A stretch of 64,000 nucleotides of DNA from an uncultured Gammaproteobacteria bacterium (lineage in GTDB: Bacteria; Patescibacteriota; Microgenomatia; 0-14-0-10-38-17), in the NCBI GenBank assembly GCA_964348895.1, contig CAYGEH010000001.1, positions 110,593-174,592 on the forward strand. Reading direction: 5' to 3'. Below, piece by piece: positions 26,999 through 36,505 of this stretch (position 1 is the stretch's first letter; the number at the start of each line of letters is the position of its first letter). The notes under the pieces are model-generated. The model was not told the DNA's origin. It ran no database searches and worked only from the letters and a program-made list of their open reading frames with translations. The translations under genes were made by a program, and so were the position numbers.

Positions 26999-29422
26999 AT
27001 GAAACTTTTCACTTTAGTTAAAAATTTACTTAAAAAGAAAAATTTTCTCCCCGTGCTTCTGGGGTTAGTTTCTGTCTTGTCTCGCTTAATTAATCTTTTT
27101 GGCTATCCAGAGTTTTTGGGCGACGAAGGAATTTATGCCTCTCAAGGCTGGTGGTTAATTAACTTTGGTCAAATTTCCCCCTATACTTACTGGTATGATC
27201 ATTCGCCTTTCGGTTGGCTTCAAATCGGTCTTTGGCAAAAGTTAACTGGAGGGCCGTTTACTTTTGGCTTTTCTGTTAATTCGGGCAGGATTTTTATGGC
27301 AATACTCGCTGGGGTTTCAGTTTTCTTGTTTTTTAAAATCGTTTTAAAAATTACTAAAAGTAAGCCAATCTCTCTTTTCTCTAGTCTAGTTTTTATTTTT
27401 TCCCCCTTAGCGGTTGCTTATCAAAGATTGCTTCTTTTAGACAATTTAGCTGTTTTTTATTTTTTAATCAGCCTCTATTTTATTTTGATCGCAAAGAAAA
27501 GACTGCTCTTTTTTTTACTTTCTGGCCTGGCCGCTGGACTAGCCTTTTTATCAAAAGAAACTAGCCTTTTGCTTGTTCCTGGTCTTTTTATTTTAGTTTT
27601 TAAAAAATCGCTTGGCCCAACTCAACCCTTTTTGATTTTAATCTGGCTTGTCTCTTTAGGTTTTACTGCTCTTTTTTTTCCGCTTTTAGCTTTTCTAAAA
27701 TTAGAGCTTTTGCCTGCATCTTGGCTGCCTGGGCAAAGACAGCATGTTTCTCTTATAGAGGGAATCTTGTTCCAAGCTGGCCGAACGGGAGGCAATCTTT
27801 TCAGTCCAGAAAGCGACATTAGGCGGGCAATTGTTGGCTGGCTAGAAATTGACAGAGTTTTACCTGCTCTGGGTTTATGGTCAATGCTTATTTTAGTAAT
27901 CAACTTAAAAAATAGTCTTTCTATTTCCTTTTTAATTATGAACCTATTCTTCGCCTGGTATCTTTTGCGAGGCGGAGTAGTTTTGGGATTTTATCTTATT
28001 CCCCAAATTGCTCTTTGGTGTTTAAGCTTGGCCTTGGCAATCAAGTTGATTAACAATAAACTCCAATACCGACTTTCAGCAAAAAAAATCACATTTGTTA
28101 TTGGAATAGCCGTTTTGCTTTTAATTGCCCAAAGCCCACAAGTTTATTTAATCAATAAGAATCAAGCTCATCTTAATAGTCTTAACTTTCTAAGAAATAA
28201 TATTAATCCTGAAGCCGTTCTGGTTACTGACCCACTCTTTTACCTTGATCTAAAAATTAACTCTAAATATCCTACCTTTAGTCGAGTTGAGTGGTTCTCT
28301 AAGGTAGAAATGGACCCACAAATAAGAGAAGGAAAGCTTGAAAATCGATGGCAAAAGATAGATTACTTGTTAACCACGCCAGGAATGATGGGGGAAATAG
28401 AAAAAAACGACTATCAGTTTATTAGCCAAGCAATAAGCCGAGGCTTAATCTTAAGGAGTTTTGGTGAAAACGACTTTGAGACCAACATTCTTTATCAGAT
28501 TCCGGAATCAGAAAAACTTTCTGGCTTTGGAAGAATAGTTTATGAACAAAATCAAAATAAAAATTATTTAGAAAAAATAAAGAAATTAATTATTTCTCTT
28601 GGAACAGATTTTGGTGGACAATTGATTTTGAACCCTAATCAGATTAGCCCTGCCAGTAAAATAACCACTTTTGTTGACCAAGAAGGAGGGTTAGTTAATC
28701 GTTTTCGAGAGTCACCCAACATTGCCCAAAGTCAAATTAAAGACAGAAATGAGGCTTTTCGTTTGGCTAAGGTCCGAGGAATTATGTTAAAAAGAAACGG
28801 TATTGATGTTAATTTGGCGCCTGTTTTAGATATTGGCCATTTACAAAACAGTTATATTGTCAGAGAAAGAAGATCCTTTTCTAGTAACCCTGAGCAAGTC
28901 ATTAGCTTTGGCGAGGCAATGATTAATGGCTATCGCCAGGTCGGAATTAAAACAATTATTAAGCATTTTCCCGGCGGCCTAGGCCGCACTAGCCTTGATC
29001 CTCATTATCAGCTTCCTCAAATTAATCTCAGCCAAAGCGACCTAGAAGAAGACATTGTTCCTTTTAAAAAGCTAATTGGTTTGGCTGATGGAGTTATGGT
29101 CACCCACCTTGACTATCCTCAAATCGACCCCAATTTGCCTTCCAGTTTGTCCCCAATTTTTATAAACGCCCTGCTAAGGCAAAAACTAAACTATCAGGGA
29201 CCGATAATTATTGATGACTTAAATATGAAAGCTATTAGTCAAGAATATTCTCAAGCTCAGGCGATTGCCTTGGGGTTAAGAGCTGGGGCCGATCTCTTTA
29301 TTATTACCCAACCAGAAAAAAATCTTCTTGAAGACCTGATGATATTAATCGAGTCTGGGGAAATTAGTCCTGGTCTAATTGATCAAGCCCTAGAAAGAAG
29401 CAAGGAGCTGTTAAACCATTAA
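26999..29422 (+). CDS. fusion protein: N-terminal GT39/ArnT-like polytopic membrane domain plus C-terminal glycoside hydrolase family 3 (NagZ-like) domain
   Basis: ~480 aa of TM helices with ArnT-like N-terminal features. The C-terminus has KHFPGGLGRTSLDPHYQ (GH3 KHFPGHG..D.H motif) and IIIDDLNMKAIS (GH3 nucleophile-Asp region). Confidence 0.6.
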   Translation: MKLFTLVKNLLKKKNFLPVLLGLVSVLSRLINLFGYPEFLGDEGIYASQGWWLINFGQISPYTYWYDHSPFGWLQIGLWQKLTGGPFTFGFSVNSGRIFMAILAGVSVFLFFKIVLKITKSKPISLFSSLVFIFSPLAVAYQRLLLLDNLAVFYFLISLYFILIAKKRLLFFLLSGLAAGLAFLSKETSLLLVPGLFILVFKKSLGPTQPFLILIWLVSLGFTALFFPLLAFLKLELLPASWLPGQRQHVSLIEGILFQAGRTGGNLFSPESDIRRAIVGWLEIDRVLPALGLWSMLILVINLKNSLSISFLIMNLFFAWYLLRGGVVLGFYLIPQIALWCLSLALAIKLINNKLQYRLSAKKITFVIGIAVLLLIAQSPQVYLINKNQAHLNSLNFLRNNINPEAVLVTDPLFYLDLKINSKYPTFSRVEWFSKVEMDPQIREGKLENRWQKIDYLLTTPGMMGEIEKNDYQFISQAISRGLILRSFGENDFETNILYQIPESEKLSGFGRIVYEQNQNKNYLEKIKKLIISLGTDFGGQLILNPNQISPASKITTFVDQEGGLVNRFRESPNIAQSQIKDRNEAFRLAKVRGIMLKRNGIDVNLAPVLDIGHLQNSYIVRERRSFSSNPEQVISFGEAMINGYRQVGIKTIIKHFPGGLGRTSLDPHYQLPQINLSQSDLEEDIVPFKKLIGLADGVMVTHLDYPQIDPNLPSSLSPIFINALLRQKLNYQGPIIIDDLNMKAISQEYSQAQAIALGLRAGADLFIITQPEKNLLEDLMILIESGEISPGLIDQALERSKELLNH

Positions 29423-29553
29423 AAACTAACTTGAAAATAAACCGATTCTTTGATACGATTCTTTATCAGCAATCATAAAAACAGGTCAATAAAAGCATTG
29501 ACTATTTTTTTTATTTTTAGCTGTTCTTTGATAAAAAAAAGGAGCGTCTTTTC

Positions 29554-30015
29554 TTGTTAACTCAATGGCGTGTTGATAGTCGAATCATTGTGGTTCGACT
29601 TCATCATATAGCTCAAAGGAGGGCTATAATGCAAGGAAGAGGTCCAAGGTCGAGTTGTGGTAGAAAGGGTCGTGGTTTTTGTGTACAAAAGGAGAGAATA
29701 CAGGCAGGCTTGGAAGAGATGTTTGGGTTGATCATCCTTGATGCAACGGTAGAACCTAAAACTAGACAGGATCTTTCCAATCTCCTAAACGAGATCTTGG
29801 GAAGAATAAAACCTGGCAACAGGGGGATGTCGACAAGCGCCCAAGCTGTTGACAAAAAAGGGTCAGAAAACAAAAGCCCTGTTGTTCTGAAGTTGGCCCA
29901 GGAGATCCAAGAAAGGGTCGATGACCCCAAAAACGGCCTCTCCTCCGTTGACAAGGGTGCCATCAAAGACGTGCTAGGAAAAGTACGCAGAGCCTACGGC
30001 AAAGAAGCCGCGTAG
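29554..30015 (+). CDS. hypothetical basic/charged protein, GC-elevated (~48%) gene
   Basis: 153-aa ORF from TTG 29554 (RBS AAGGAG 8 nt upstream). An alternative ATG at 29629 has RBS AAGGAGGG 6 nt upstream. No known motif. Confidence 0.45.
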   Translation: MLTQWRVDSRIIVVRLHHIAQRRAIMQGRGPRSSCGRKGRGFCVQKERIQAGLEEMFGLIILDATVEPKTRQDLSNLLNEILGRIKPGNRGMSTSAQAVDKKGSENKSPVVLKLAQEIQERVDDPKNGLSSVDKGAIKDVLGKVRRAYGKEAA

Positions 30016-30030
30016 CGCTCCTTTTCTCTA

Positions 30031-30104
30031 GAGAGGGAAAACAAGCTTTTAATCGCCAATTCTTGGTGATTAAGGCTCGTTTTCCCTCTCCGTCCGTTTT
30101 TTTC
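30031..30104 (+). terminator. nested-hairpin intrinsic terminator
   Basis: gagagggaaaac...gttttccctctc is a 12-bp stem enclosing an inner ttaatcgccaa/ttggtgattaa stem, followed by cgtccgtttttttc. Confidence 0.55.
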
Positions 30105-30133
30105 TTTAAAAAATTTTCAACAGAAGTTATTTG

Positions 30134-30541
30134 TTAAAAAGCGTCTTCTTTGACTCGAAAAGCCTGAAGAAGAAAAGAAAAAAAGGTCGAAGTAGTATTT
30201 TTTTCTTCCTCACTGGCCCCATTAAAGTCTGACAATGTTTCTTTAGAAACCAATAAAAAGCCTAGCAGTTCTTCTTGAAAATGTCTTTCGTTAACCTCAG
30301 GTTCAAAAGAACTATCACCATTGTTTGGCTTACTTGGGTGGCCTGGTAAAACAATGTTGCTTTCTTTGATTTTTTCTAGAACAAAAGCATAGAGAGGGGG
30401 TTTTTCTGGTAAACCAGAAAAACAAAGCTCGTGTTCGGTAAGAATAAAGTTAACTACGGACAAACATGCAACTCTTGCCTGACTACTAACTTCAAGTTTT
30501 GGAACAAATTCTTTTAAAAAAGCGGGCAAGCAAGAAAACAT
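30134..30541 (-). CDS. hypothetical protein
   Basis: 135-aa ORF with no motif. Confidence 0.4.
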   Translation of the reverse strand: MFSCLPAFLKEFVPKLEVSSQARVACLSVVNFILTEHELCFSGLPEKPPLYAFVLEKIKESNIVLPGHPSKPNNGDSSFEPEVNERHFQEELLGFLLVSKETLSDFNGASEEEKNTTSTFFSFLLQAFRVKEDAF

Positions 30542-30711
30542 TCTTTCCCGAGCCAGTCTATTTGTTCTTATCTGCGGTCTTCTTAAAACTTCTATATCTC
30601 AAAACAATTGAAATAATAATATTGACGGGTGACTCTTTTTATTTTTTTTCAAAAAGTCTAAAGAGAAACTGCTAAAAAAATTAGCAAAAAACACTTTGTT
30701 TGTAACTTTTG

Positions 30712-30793
30712 TCCAGGGGATAGGATTCGAACCTATGAAGGGAAACCCGCCAGTTTTACAGACTGGTGCGATTGGCCACTCCGCCACCCCTGG
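30712..30793 (-). tRNA. tRNA-Tyr (anticodon GTA), long variable arm
   Basis: Reverse complement folds as acceptor CCAGGGG/CCCCTGG, D arm GCGG-AGTGGCCAA-TCGC, anticodon arm CCAGT-CT GTA AA-ACTGG, 13-nt variable arm and T arm ATAGG-TTCGAAT-CCTAT. Discriminator is A. Confidence 0.75.
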
Positions 30794-30886
30794 TGATAAC
30801 AATATCAAAATATTATAACATCACCCCCTCCTAAAGACCAAGTTGACAACAAGTTTTATTAGCGGTATCTTAAAAGAAGAAAAGTC

Positions 30887-31795
30887 ATGAAAGTTGTCAA
30901 TTGGATTAAAAACAATAAATTGTCTTCTGTTCTATTGTTGGGAATAGTAATTCTTTATTTAACCGCCCAGGTGGGTTTTTTTGCCCCTCGCTATCAATAT
31001 GGTGATTATAGTGCTTCTGGGGAAGATTTTGGCTTTTCTGTTGGTTCTGTGAAGCCAGAGATGGGCCGTTCTCTTCCTAGTATTCTGCCTATTCCAGACC
31101 AAGGAATTCCCCCTTCGGACAGCCCTCTTCGAATGGTAGTTGCCCAAACAGATTTATCTTTGGTGGTTAACGATGTTAGACAGGCGGCAGATGCTATTGC
31201 CCAAAAAACAGAAACAATTGGTGGTTTTATGGTTTCTCGCTCTCTTAGTCAGCCCGAAGAGGCTCCATATGGCTACATCAGTCTTAGGGTGCCAGCCGAG
31301 AAAGCTGAAGAGGCTATAGGTCATTTCAGGGGGTTGGCAATCAAGGTGGTTTCTGAAAATGTTAGTGCTGATGACGTTACTGATCAATATGAAGATATTG
31401 ACAAAAAATTAACCACTCTAGAGCAAACTAAACTAAGACTAGAAGAAATTATGGATCAAGCAACTGAGATTAACGATATTTTGTCGGCCCAAAGAGAAAT
31501 TATTAATCTTCAAAATCAAATTGACAGCCTAATTGGAAGACAGGAGTATTTAGAAAAAACCGCTCAATTCTCTCTAATAACCATTCATCTTTCTACCGAC
31601 GAATTAGCCCTACCCTATCAACCAACAGAAACCTTTAGACCCTTAGTAATTTTCAGACAAGCGTTAAGATCAATGATCTTAACTATGAGGGATTTTGCTG
31701 GGGCTTTAATTTGGCTGGGTGTCTATGGAGCAATCTGGATACCGGTGATTTTGGCATTTATCATTTTCAAATATTTTTACAAAAAGAAAAAGTAA
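30887..31795 (+). CDS. DUF4349-like membrane-anchored coiled-coil protein
   Basis: N-terminal TM, an ISLRVPAEKAEEA segment, a coiled-coil region (DKKLTTLEQTKLRLEEIMDQATEINDILSAQREIINLQNQIDSL), LITIHLSTDE and a C-terminal TM plus KKKK tail. This matches the DUF4349 architecture. Confidence 0.55.
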   Translation: MKVVNWIKNNKLSSVLLLGIVILYLTAQVGFFAPRYQYGDYSASGEDFGFSVGSVKPEMGRSLPSILPIPDQGIPPSDSPLRMVVAQTDLSLVVNDVRQAADAIAQKTETIGGFMVSRSLSQPEEAPYGYISLRVPAEKAEEAIGHFRGLAIKVVSENVSADDVTDQYEDIDKKLTTLEQTKLRLEEIMDQATEINDILSAQREIINLQNQIDSLIGRQEYLEKTAQFSLITIHLSTDELALPYQPTETFRPLVIFRQALRSMILTMRDFAGALIWLGVYGAIWIPVILAFIIFKYFYKKKK

Positions 31796-31896
31796 ACCCC
31801 CTCTTCTTCTTTATTTTGCTGATTTAGGCTTATTGCCTCCTAAGAAAAATTATTTTTTTTCCTCAAGCAAAAACAAGAAGTTTTTTGATGGGGATC

Positions 31897-32298
31897 TTAT
31901 CTTTTTGGAGATTGACGCTTAGCTCGGGCACTACGAGCAGTTCCCGGCTTTCTTCTTTCTTTCTCTCTTGAGTCGCGAGAGAGAAATCCTGCTGTTTTTA
32001 GGAGGGTGTGAAATTTTTCTCTATTAGCTTCATCTAGGGCTCGAGCCAAACCATGAACAACTGCCTCTAGTTGACTGTTTTTTCCTCCTCCGACTACTTT
32101 AATAGTGGCATAAAACTTTCCCAGGGTGTTAGTTGTCACAAAGGGTTGCTCTAATTGTCTTTGGACCACCAAAGAGGAAAAATAAATACCCAAGGGTTGA
32201 TCGTTAATGGTGATTTCGCCCTTACCTTTATAAAGCCACACTCTTGCTGTCGCCCGTTTTCTTGAGCCAACAACTTTAACAATTGGTTTTTTAGTCAT
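31897..32298 (-). CDS. rpsI: 30S ribosomal protein S9
   Basis: GGGKNSQLEAVVHGLARAL...AGFLSRDSREKERRK... C-terminal basic tail. Confidence 0.85.
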   Translation of the reverse strand: MTKKPIVKVVGSRKRATARVWLYKGKGEITINDQPLGIYFSSLVVQRQLEQPFVTTNTLGKFYATIKVVGGGKNSQLEAVVHGLARALDEANREKFHTLLKTAGFLSRDSREKERRKPGTARSARAKRQSPKR

Positions 32299-32335
32299 AA
32301 TAATTTTTATTTGTTTTTAAGTTTTTAGTCTGAGT

Positions 32336-32794
32336 TTATGCTGTTTCTTGTTTTAGGGGTACTTGTTTGTTGTTTGTAAATTTTTCACTAAACTTATGAT
32401 CTTTTCCAGCAAAAACATGAAGCCTAACAATCATTTTATCTTGAAGTTTATTTTTAGGTAACATTCCCACCACGGCATTGCGAATAATTTTCTCTGGCTG
32501 TTCAGTTAGCATTTTAGCAAAAGCCACTTCCTTTCTTCCTCCCGAATAACCAGAATAGTGTTGATAGGTTTTTCTCTCAACTTTCTTGCCAGTTAGACGA
32601 ATTTGCTTAGCATTAATCACCACAACATAATCACCGCAATCGGCTCGACGATCAAAATAGGCTTTGTTTTTGCCCATTAAAAGCGGAGAAATTCGACTAG
32701 CCAACCTTCCCAACACCTGATCTTTGGCATCAACTAGGTGCCATTTTCTAACAACATCATTTTTTTTAGTAATAAAGGTTTTGTCTGTGATCAT
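32336..32794 (-). CDS. rplM: 50S ribosomal protein L13
   Basis: KWHLVDAKDQVLGRLAS...MLPKNKL. Confidence 0.9.
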   Translation of the reverse strand: MITDKTFITKKNDVVRKWHLVDAKDQVLGRLASRISPLLMGKNKAYFDRRADCGDYVVVINAKQIRLTGKKVERKTYQHYSGYSGGRKEVAFAKMLTEQPEKIIRNAVVGMLPKNKLQDKMIVRLHVFAGKDHKFSEKFTNNKQVPLKQETA

Positions 32795-32800
32795 TTCTTT

Positions 32801-33277
32801 TTATTTGCTTGACGTTTTATTTTTAACAGACGGCTTTTTTGAAACTAAAACACTTTTCTCTTTACTTTTCTTTTTTGGTTCTAAAACCTTCTCTTTAGGG
32901 GTGGTTTCCTTAATTTCTTCTGGGGAAGAAACCAGCTCTATTTTGGCCATCAAAGCCTGATCTCCCCGACGAGAACCCAACTTTAAAACTCGAGAATAAC
33001 CACCGTTTCTTTTAATAAATCGAGGAGCAATTTCGTTGATTAACTTACTGGCGGCTAGGGGCTTACTTAAATAAGCATAAATAAATCGCTGGTTAACCAA
33101 ACTAGGATTTTTAGCCTTAGTGATCAAGCGATCAATTTTACCTTTAATGGCTTTCGCCTTCACCTCTGTGGTAATTAAAGACCCTAATAAAAAAAAATCT
33201 GTCAAGAGGTTTTTGAAGAGGGCCTTGCGAGTTTTGGTGTTTCTATTTAATTTTTTACCTGCCCTTCGGTGCCTCAC
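32801..33277 (-). CDS. rplQ: 50S ribosomal protein L17
   Basis: MRHRRAGKKLNRNTKTRKALFKNL, with a C-terminal Lys-rich extension. Confidence 0.85.
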   Translation of the reverse strand: MRHRRAGKKLNRNTKTRKALFKNLLTDFFLLGSLITTEVKAKAIKGKIDRLITKAKNPSLVNQRFIYAYLSKPLAASKLINEIAPRFIKRNGGYSRVLKLGSRRGDQALMAKIELVSSPEEIKETTPKEKVLEPKKKSKEKSVLVSKKPSVKNKTSSK

Positions 33278-34191
33278 GACCAGCCAACCCCCTTCTTTTT
33301 CAATACTTTCTCCACCAAACTAACTGATTTTTTGCCTAAATTCTTCACCTCCATTAAATCTTTTGGTTCGGCCTTAACTAAGTCGCCAATGGTTTTGTAG
33401 CCAGCCTTTTCCAGAGCATTAATTGTTCTGGTCGGCAATTTCATTTCGGCTACGCTTTCTTTCATAATGGCCGGCTCTTTATCTCCAGCCTTCTCTTCAG
33501 ATTGATGGTTATTATTTGGTTGATAAACCTGTTGAAAATAGGTAGTTAAAATACGAGCCGCCTCAAACAAAGCGGTTTTGGCGGTAATGGTTCCGTCTGT
33601 CCAAATATCTAAAACTAACTTATCATAATTAGTTTCTCGTCCAACCCTAACGTCCTCGACTGAAACATTAACCTTTTTCACTGGACTAAAAAGAGCATCC
33701 ATAACAATAAGACCCAGAGCATCAGACGGTCTATCTTCAGCAGGAGAATAACCCACCCCACAGGAAACAGTCATTTGGGCTTTGATTCGGCTTTTTTTGT
33801 CGGCCAAATGAGCAATTACCAAGTCTTTGTTGGCCACTTCAATTTGAGCTGGAACCTCTAGGTCGCCAGCCTTGACAACACCTGGGCCAGCCTTATCTAG
33901 AGAAATTTTAATCACTTCAGATTCTTCTCCCTTAACAATAAACCGAATTTTTTTAAGATTTAAAATTACTTCAACCAAATCTTCTTTAACGCCAGGTAGG
34001 GTTGTAAATTGATGATTGGCATTATTAAAAACAACATCAGTAATGGCTGCTCCAGAAAGCGCCAACAGCAATACTCTTCTTAAAGAAGTTCCCAGGGTGT
34101 GACCAAAGCCAGCTTCCAGTGGGCCAATTTCAAGCTGGCTATAACCAGAATCGATTTCTTTTTCTTTGACTAAAAAAAATAGATCTTTCAT
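33274..34191 (-). CDS. rpoA: DNA-directed RNA polymerase subunit alpha
   Basis: N-terminal dimerisation-domain motifs (PLEAGFGHTLGTSLRRVLL) and a C-terminal CTD (TINALEKAGYKTIGDL). Confidence 0.9.
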   Translation of the reverse strand: MKDLFFLVKEKEIDSGYSQLEIGPLEAGFGHTLGTSLRRVLLLALSGAAITDVVFNNANHQFTTLPGVKEDLVEVILNLKKIRFIVKGEESEVIKISLDKAGPGVVKAGDLEVPAQIEVANKDLVIAHLADKKSRIKAQMTVSCGVGYSPAEDRPSDALGLIVMDALFSPVKKVNVSVEDVRVGRETNYDKLVLDIWTDGTITAKTALFEAARILTTYFQQVYQPNNNHQSEEKAGDKEPAIMKESVAEMKLPTRTINALEKAGYKTIGDLVKAEPKDLMEVKNLGKKSVSLVEKVLKKKGVGWS

Positions 34192-34353
34192 TTTTTTTAA
34201 AAATTAACTAAGTTGTCTGCTCTCCTCTCTTGCCTGATTTATTTTAACAAAAAATCGGCTAAATTCAACCACTAAATTTAATTACAGCAATTAAAGATTA
34301 TTAAAACTCTTTTTTATCTTAAAATATTATTCTTAAACGAACACACATTCGGC

Positions 34354-34971
34354 TTAACGAGAGTAAAACTCAATAACTGCGGAAACATTAGCGTCAATCT
34401 TAATTTCCTCTTTTTGTGGTTTTGCCTTAACTGTCCCAACTAAAGCTTTTTTTGCTAACCAAGCAGGCAGAGCCGTTTCTTCTTCTAGGGCCTGCTTTAC
34501 TTGGGGAATTTTTTCAGCTCCTGAGACCAGAGAAACTATTTGGCCTAAACTAACTCGATAAGAAGGAATCGTAACTTTTTTACCATCAACCAAGACTTTA
34601 CCATGAACAACTAGCTGGCGAGCAGTTCTACGACTAGAAGAAAAACCAAGGCGATATAAAACATTATCTAATCGTAATTCTAGAATTTGCGACAAAACTT
34701 CGTCTGTTGGTTCGCCCTTGGCTTCTCGTGCTTGGGCAAAACAGGCTTTTAGTTGTGATTCTGTTAAGCCATAAATTGCTCTAAGGCGTTGTTTTTCTTT
34801 TAATTGCTCAGAATAAAAGGTTGGACGAGAGAATTTATGACCATGGGCTCCAGGTGGAATAGCTCCAGCTCGATCAATGGGACATTTATCGTAACAGCGT
34901 CGGCCCTTAAGAAACAATTTTAGGCCCAACCTTCGACAAACCCGACACCTTTCATTTTGTAGTTTTCTCAT
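34354..34971 (-). CDS. rpsD: 30S ribosomal protein S4
   Basis: MRKLQNERCRVCRRLGLKLFLKGRRC zinc motif and an S4 domain. Start set at the internal Met at 34971, since the track ORF runs back into rpsK. Confidence 0.85.
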   Translation of the reverse strand: MRKLQNERCRVCRRLGLKLFLKGRRCYDKCPIDRAGAIPPGAHGHKFSRPTFYSEQLKEKQRLRAIYGLTESQLKACFAQAREAKGEPTDEVLSQILELRLDNVLYRLGFSSSRRTARQLVVHGKVLVDGKKVTIPSYRVSLGQIVSLVSGAEKIPQVKQALEEETALPAWLAKKALVGTVKAKPQKEEIKIDANVSAVIEFYSR

Positions 34972-34987
34972 TTTTTTTAAAAAAATT

Positions 34988-35413
34988 TTAAGCTCCTCGG
35001 CGCTTTTTTTTAGGACGAGGCCCATTGTGAGGCATTGGAGTAATGTCAGCAATTAAATTCATTTTTAGATCTGAGGCCTTGATCGCTCTTAGAGCTGCCT
35101 CTCGACCGGGACCAGGCCCCTTAACATAAATTTCAACCTCTCTAACCCCTCTTTCTTTGGCTTCCGAAATGGCCTTTTCAGTCGTAACTGTGGCTGCAAA
35201 AGGAGTCTGTTTTCTGGTCCCCTTAAAGCCAGCATTTCCCGCTGAAGACCAGTTAATAGTGTTCCCATCCATGTCGGTAATAGTCACAATGGTGTTATTG
35301 AAGGTCGTTAATACATAAACCTTGGCTTGATTAATCTTTCTAGACCGAGAAAGACTTTTTTTCTTAACCAGCTTTTTGTCTTTAACCGTTTTTTGTTGTT
35401 TTTCTTTGGCCAT
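34988..35413 (-). CDS. rpsK: 30S ribosomal protein S11
   Basis: [32 protein letters not shown]...[12 protein letters not shown]. Confidence 0.9.
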   Translation of the reverse strand: MAKEKQQKTVKDKKLVKKKSLSRSRKINQAKVYVLTTFNNTIVTITDMDGNTINWSSAGNAGFKGTRKQTPFAATVTTEKAISEAKERGVREVEIYVKGPGPGREAALRAIKASDLKMNLIADITPMPHNGPRPKKKRRGA

Positions 35414-35466
35414 AGTGATTTTTCTTTTTGTTGTTTAGTTTTAAAAAAATAAAATCTTTATTGATA

Positions 35467-35880
35467 TCACTTCTTTTCTTCTTGCTTGGTTTGTTCTTCT
35501 ATTTTAGTTAATACTTCTTTCTTTAGGGCTCCAACCGTTTGTCGTGACCCACGCTTAGTTCTGGCATTAGTTCTGGTTCGCTGTCCTCTAGTTGGCAGGT
35601 TTGCACTGTGGCGACGGCCTCGATATGTTCCAATCTGTTTTAATCTTTCAATGTTTCCCCTTGTTTCTTCTCTTAAGTCTCCCTCTACTTTCATTTCACC
35701 AAGAACTTGATTTAAAGAAGCAATTTCTTCTTCGGTTAAGTCTTTTGCTCTTTTATTGACTTCCACCTTAGATTTTTTTAAAATCTCTTTTGCTCTAAGA
35801 TGTCCTACACCATAAATTCTAGTTAAGGCTAAATCAACCTTTTCTCCGTCTGGTAAATTGACTCCAACGATTCTTGGCAT
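35467..35880 (-). CDS. rpsM: 30S ribosomal protein S13
   Basis: MPRIVGVNLPDGEKVDLALTRIYGVG. Confidence 0.9.
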   Translation of the reverse strand: MPRIVGVNLPDGEKVDLALTRIYGVGHLRAKEILKKSKVEVNKRAKDLTEEEIASLNQVLGEMKVEGDLREETRGNIERLKQIGTYRGRRHSANLPTRGQRTRTNARTKRGSRQTVGALKKEVLTKIEEQTKQEEKK

Positions 35881-35952
35881 ATTAATTATTTTTTAGTTTA
35901 AAAGTTTTTTACTGAAACAAACCCCTTGGGAAAACAACTAAATGTTTGATTT

Positions 35953-36066
35953 TTACCCCTGTCTTTGTTTGTGTTTTGGGTTTTTACAAGCAATACAAAT
36001 TCGACCTCGCCGTTTAACAATTTTACAATCCCGACACCTTGTTTTTACTGACGACTGAACTTTCAT
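35953..36066 (-). CDS. rpmJ: 50S ribosomal protein L36
   Basis: Translated by hand from the minus strand: [37 protein letters not shown]. Not in the ORF track because it is under 60 aa. Confidence 0.85.
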   Translation of the reverse strand: MKVQSSVKTRCRDCKIVKRRGRICIACKNPKHKQRQG

Positions 36067-36108
36067 TGAATTAATCGTTAAAATGTTAATTAAAAAGTCT
36101 TAACTTGT

Positions 36109-36324
36109 TTAGTAACGGTAAGTGATTCTACCCCGCTTGTCGTCATAGGGAGTTATTTCAACTTTTACCTGGTCTCCGGGAATAACCTTAATTCGGTAAA
36201 GTCTCATTTTCCCAGCCAATTGGGTTAAAACCTTTCGACCGTCATCTAACTCAACCCGAAACATTGCATTGGGCAGAGCCTCTGTCACTTGACCGTTTAT
36301 TTCCTGATTTTTACCCTTAATCAT
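36109..36324 (-). CDS. infA: translation initiation factor IF-1
   Basis: [31 protein letters not shown]...[17 protein letters not shown]. Confidence 0.9.
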   Translation of the reverse strand: MIKGKNQEINGQVTEALPNAMFRVELDDGRKVLTQLAGKMRLYRIKVIPGDQVKVEITPYDDKRGRITYRY

Positions 36325-36444
36325 TAACTAATTGTCCTTATAAAAAAACTGGTAGCAAACGAACTTTATTTTAACATCAACCGGGCCTGCTGTCTAGGCA
36401 CTAGTTCTTCTCCCAAAACCAGCGTCCTTAAAATAAAAGAGTCA

Positions 36445-36472
36445 GCTTAATTATGTTTTTCTTAAATTAAGC
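36445..36472. terminator. hairpin (gcttaatt-12 nt-aattaagc) with T-rich flanks on both strands between adk and infA
   Basis: 8-bp stem. The plus side is followed by tttctttatttt and the minus side by tgactcttttatttt. Possibly a bidirectional terminator or attenuator. Confidence 0.3.
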
Positions 36473-36505
36473 TTTCTTTATTTTTCTCCAGAAAATGTCT
36501 TATTT

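Noticed and set aside
30599-30808. 69-aa minus ORF overlapping tRNA-Tyr
   Set aside because: It is translated from the tRNA sequence itself. The tRNA cloverleaf is the better explanation.
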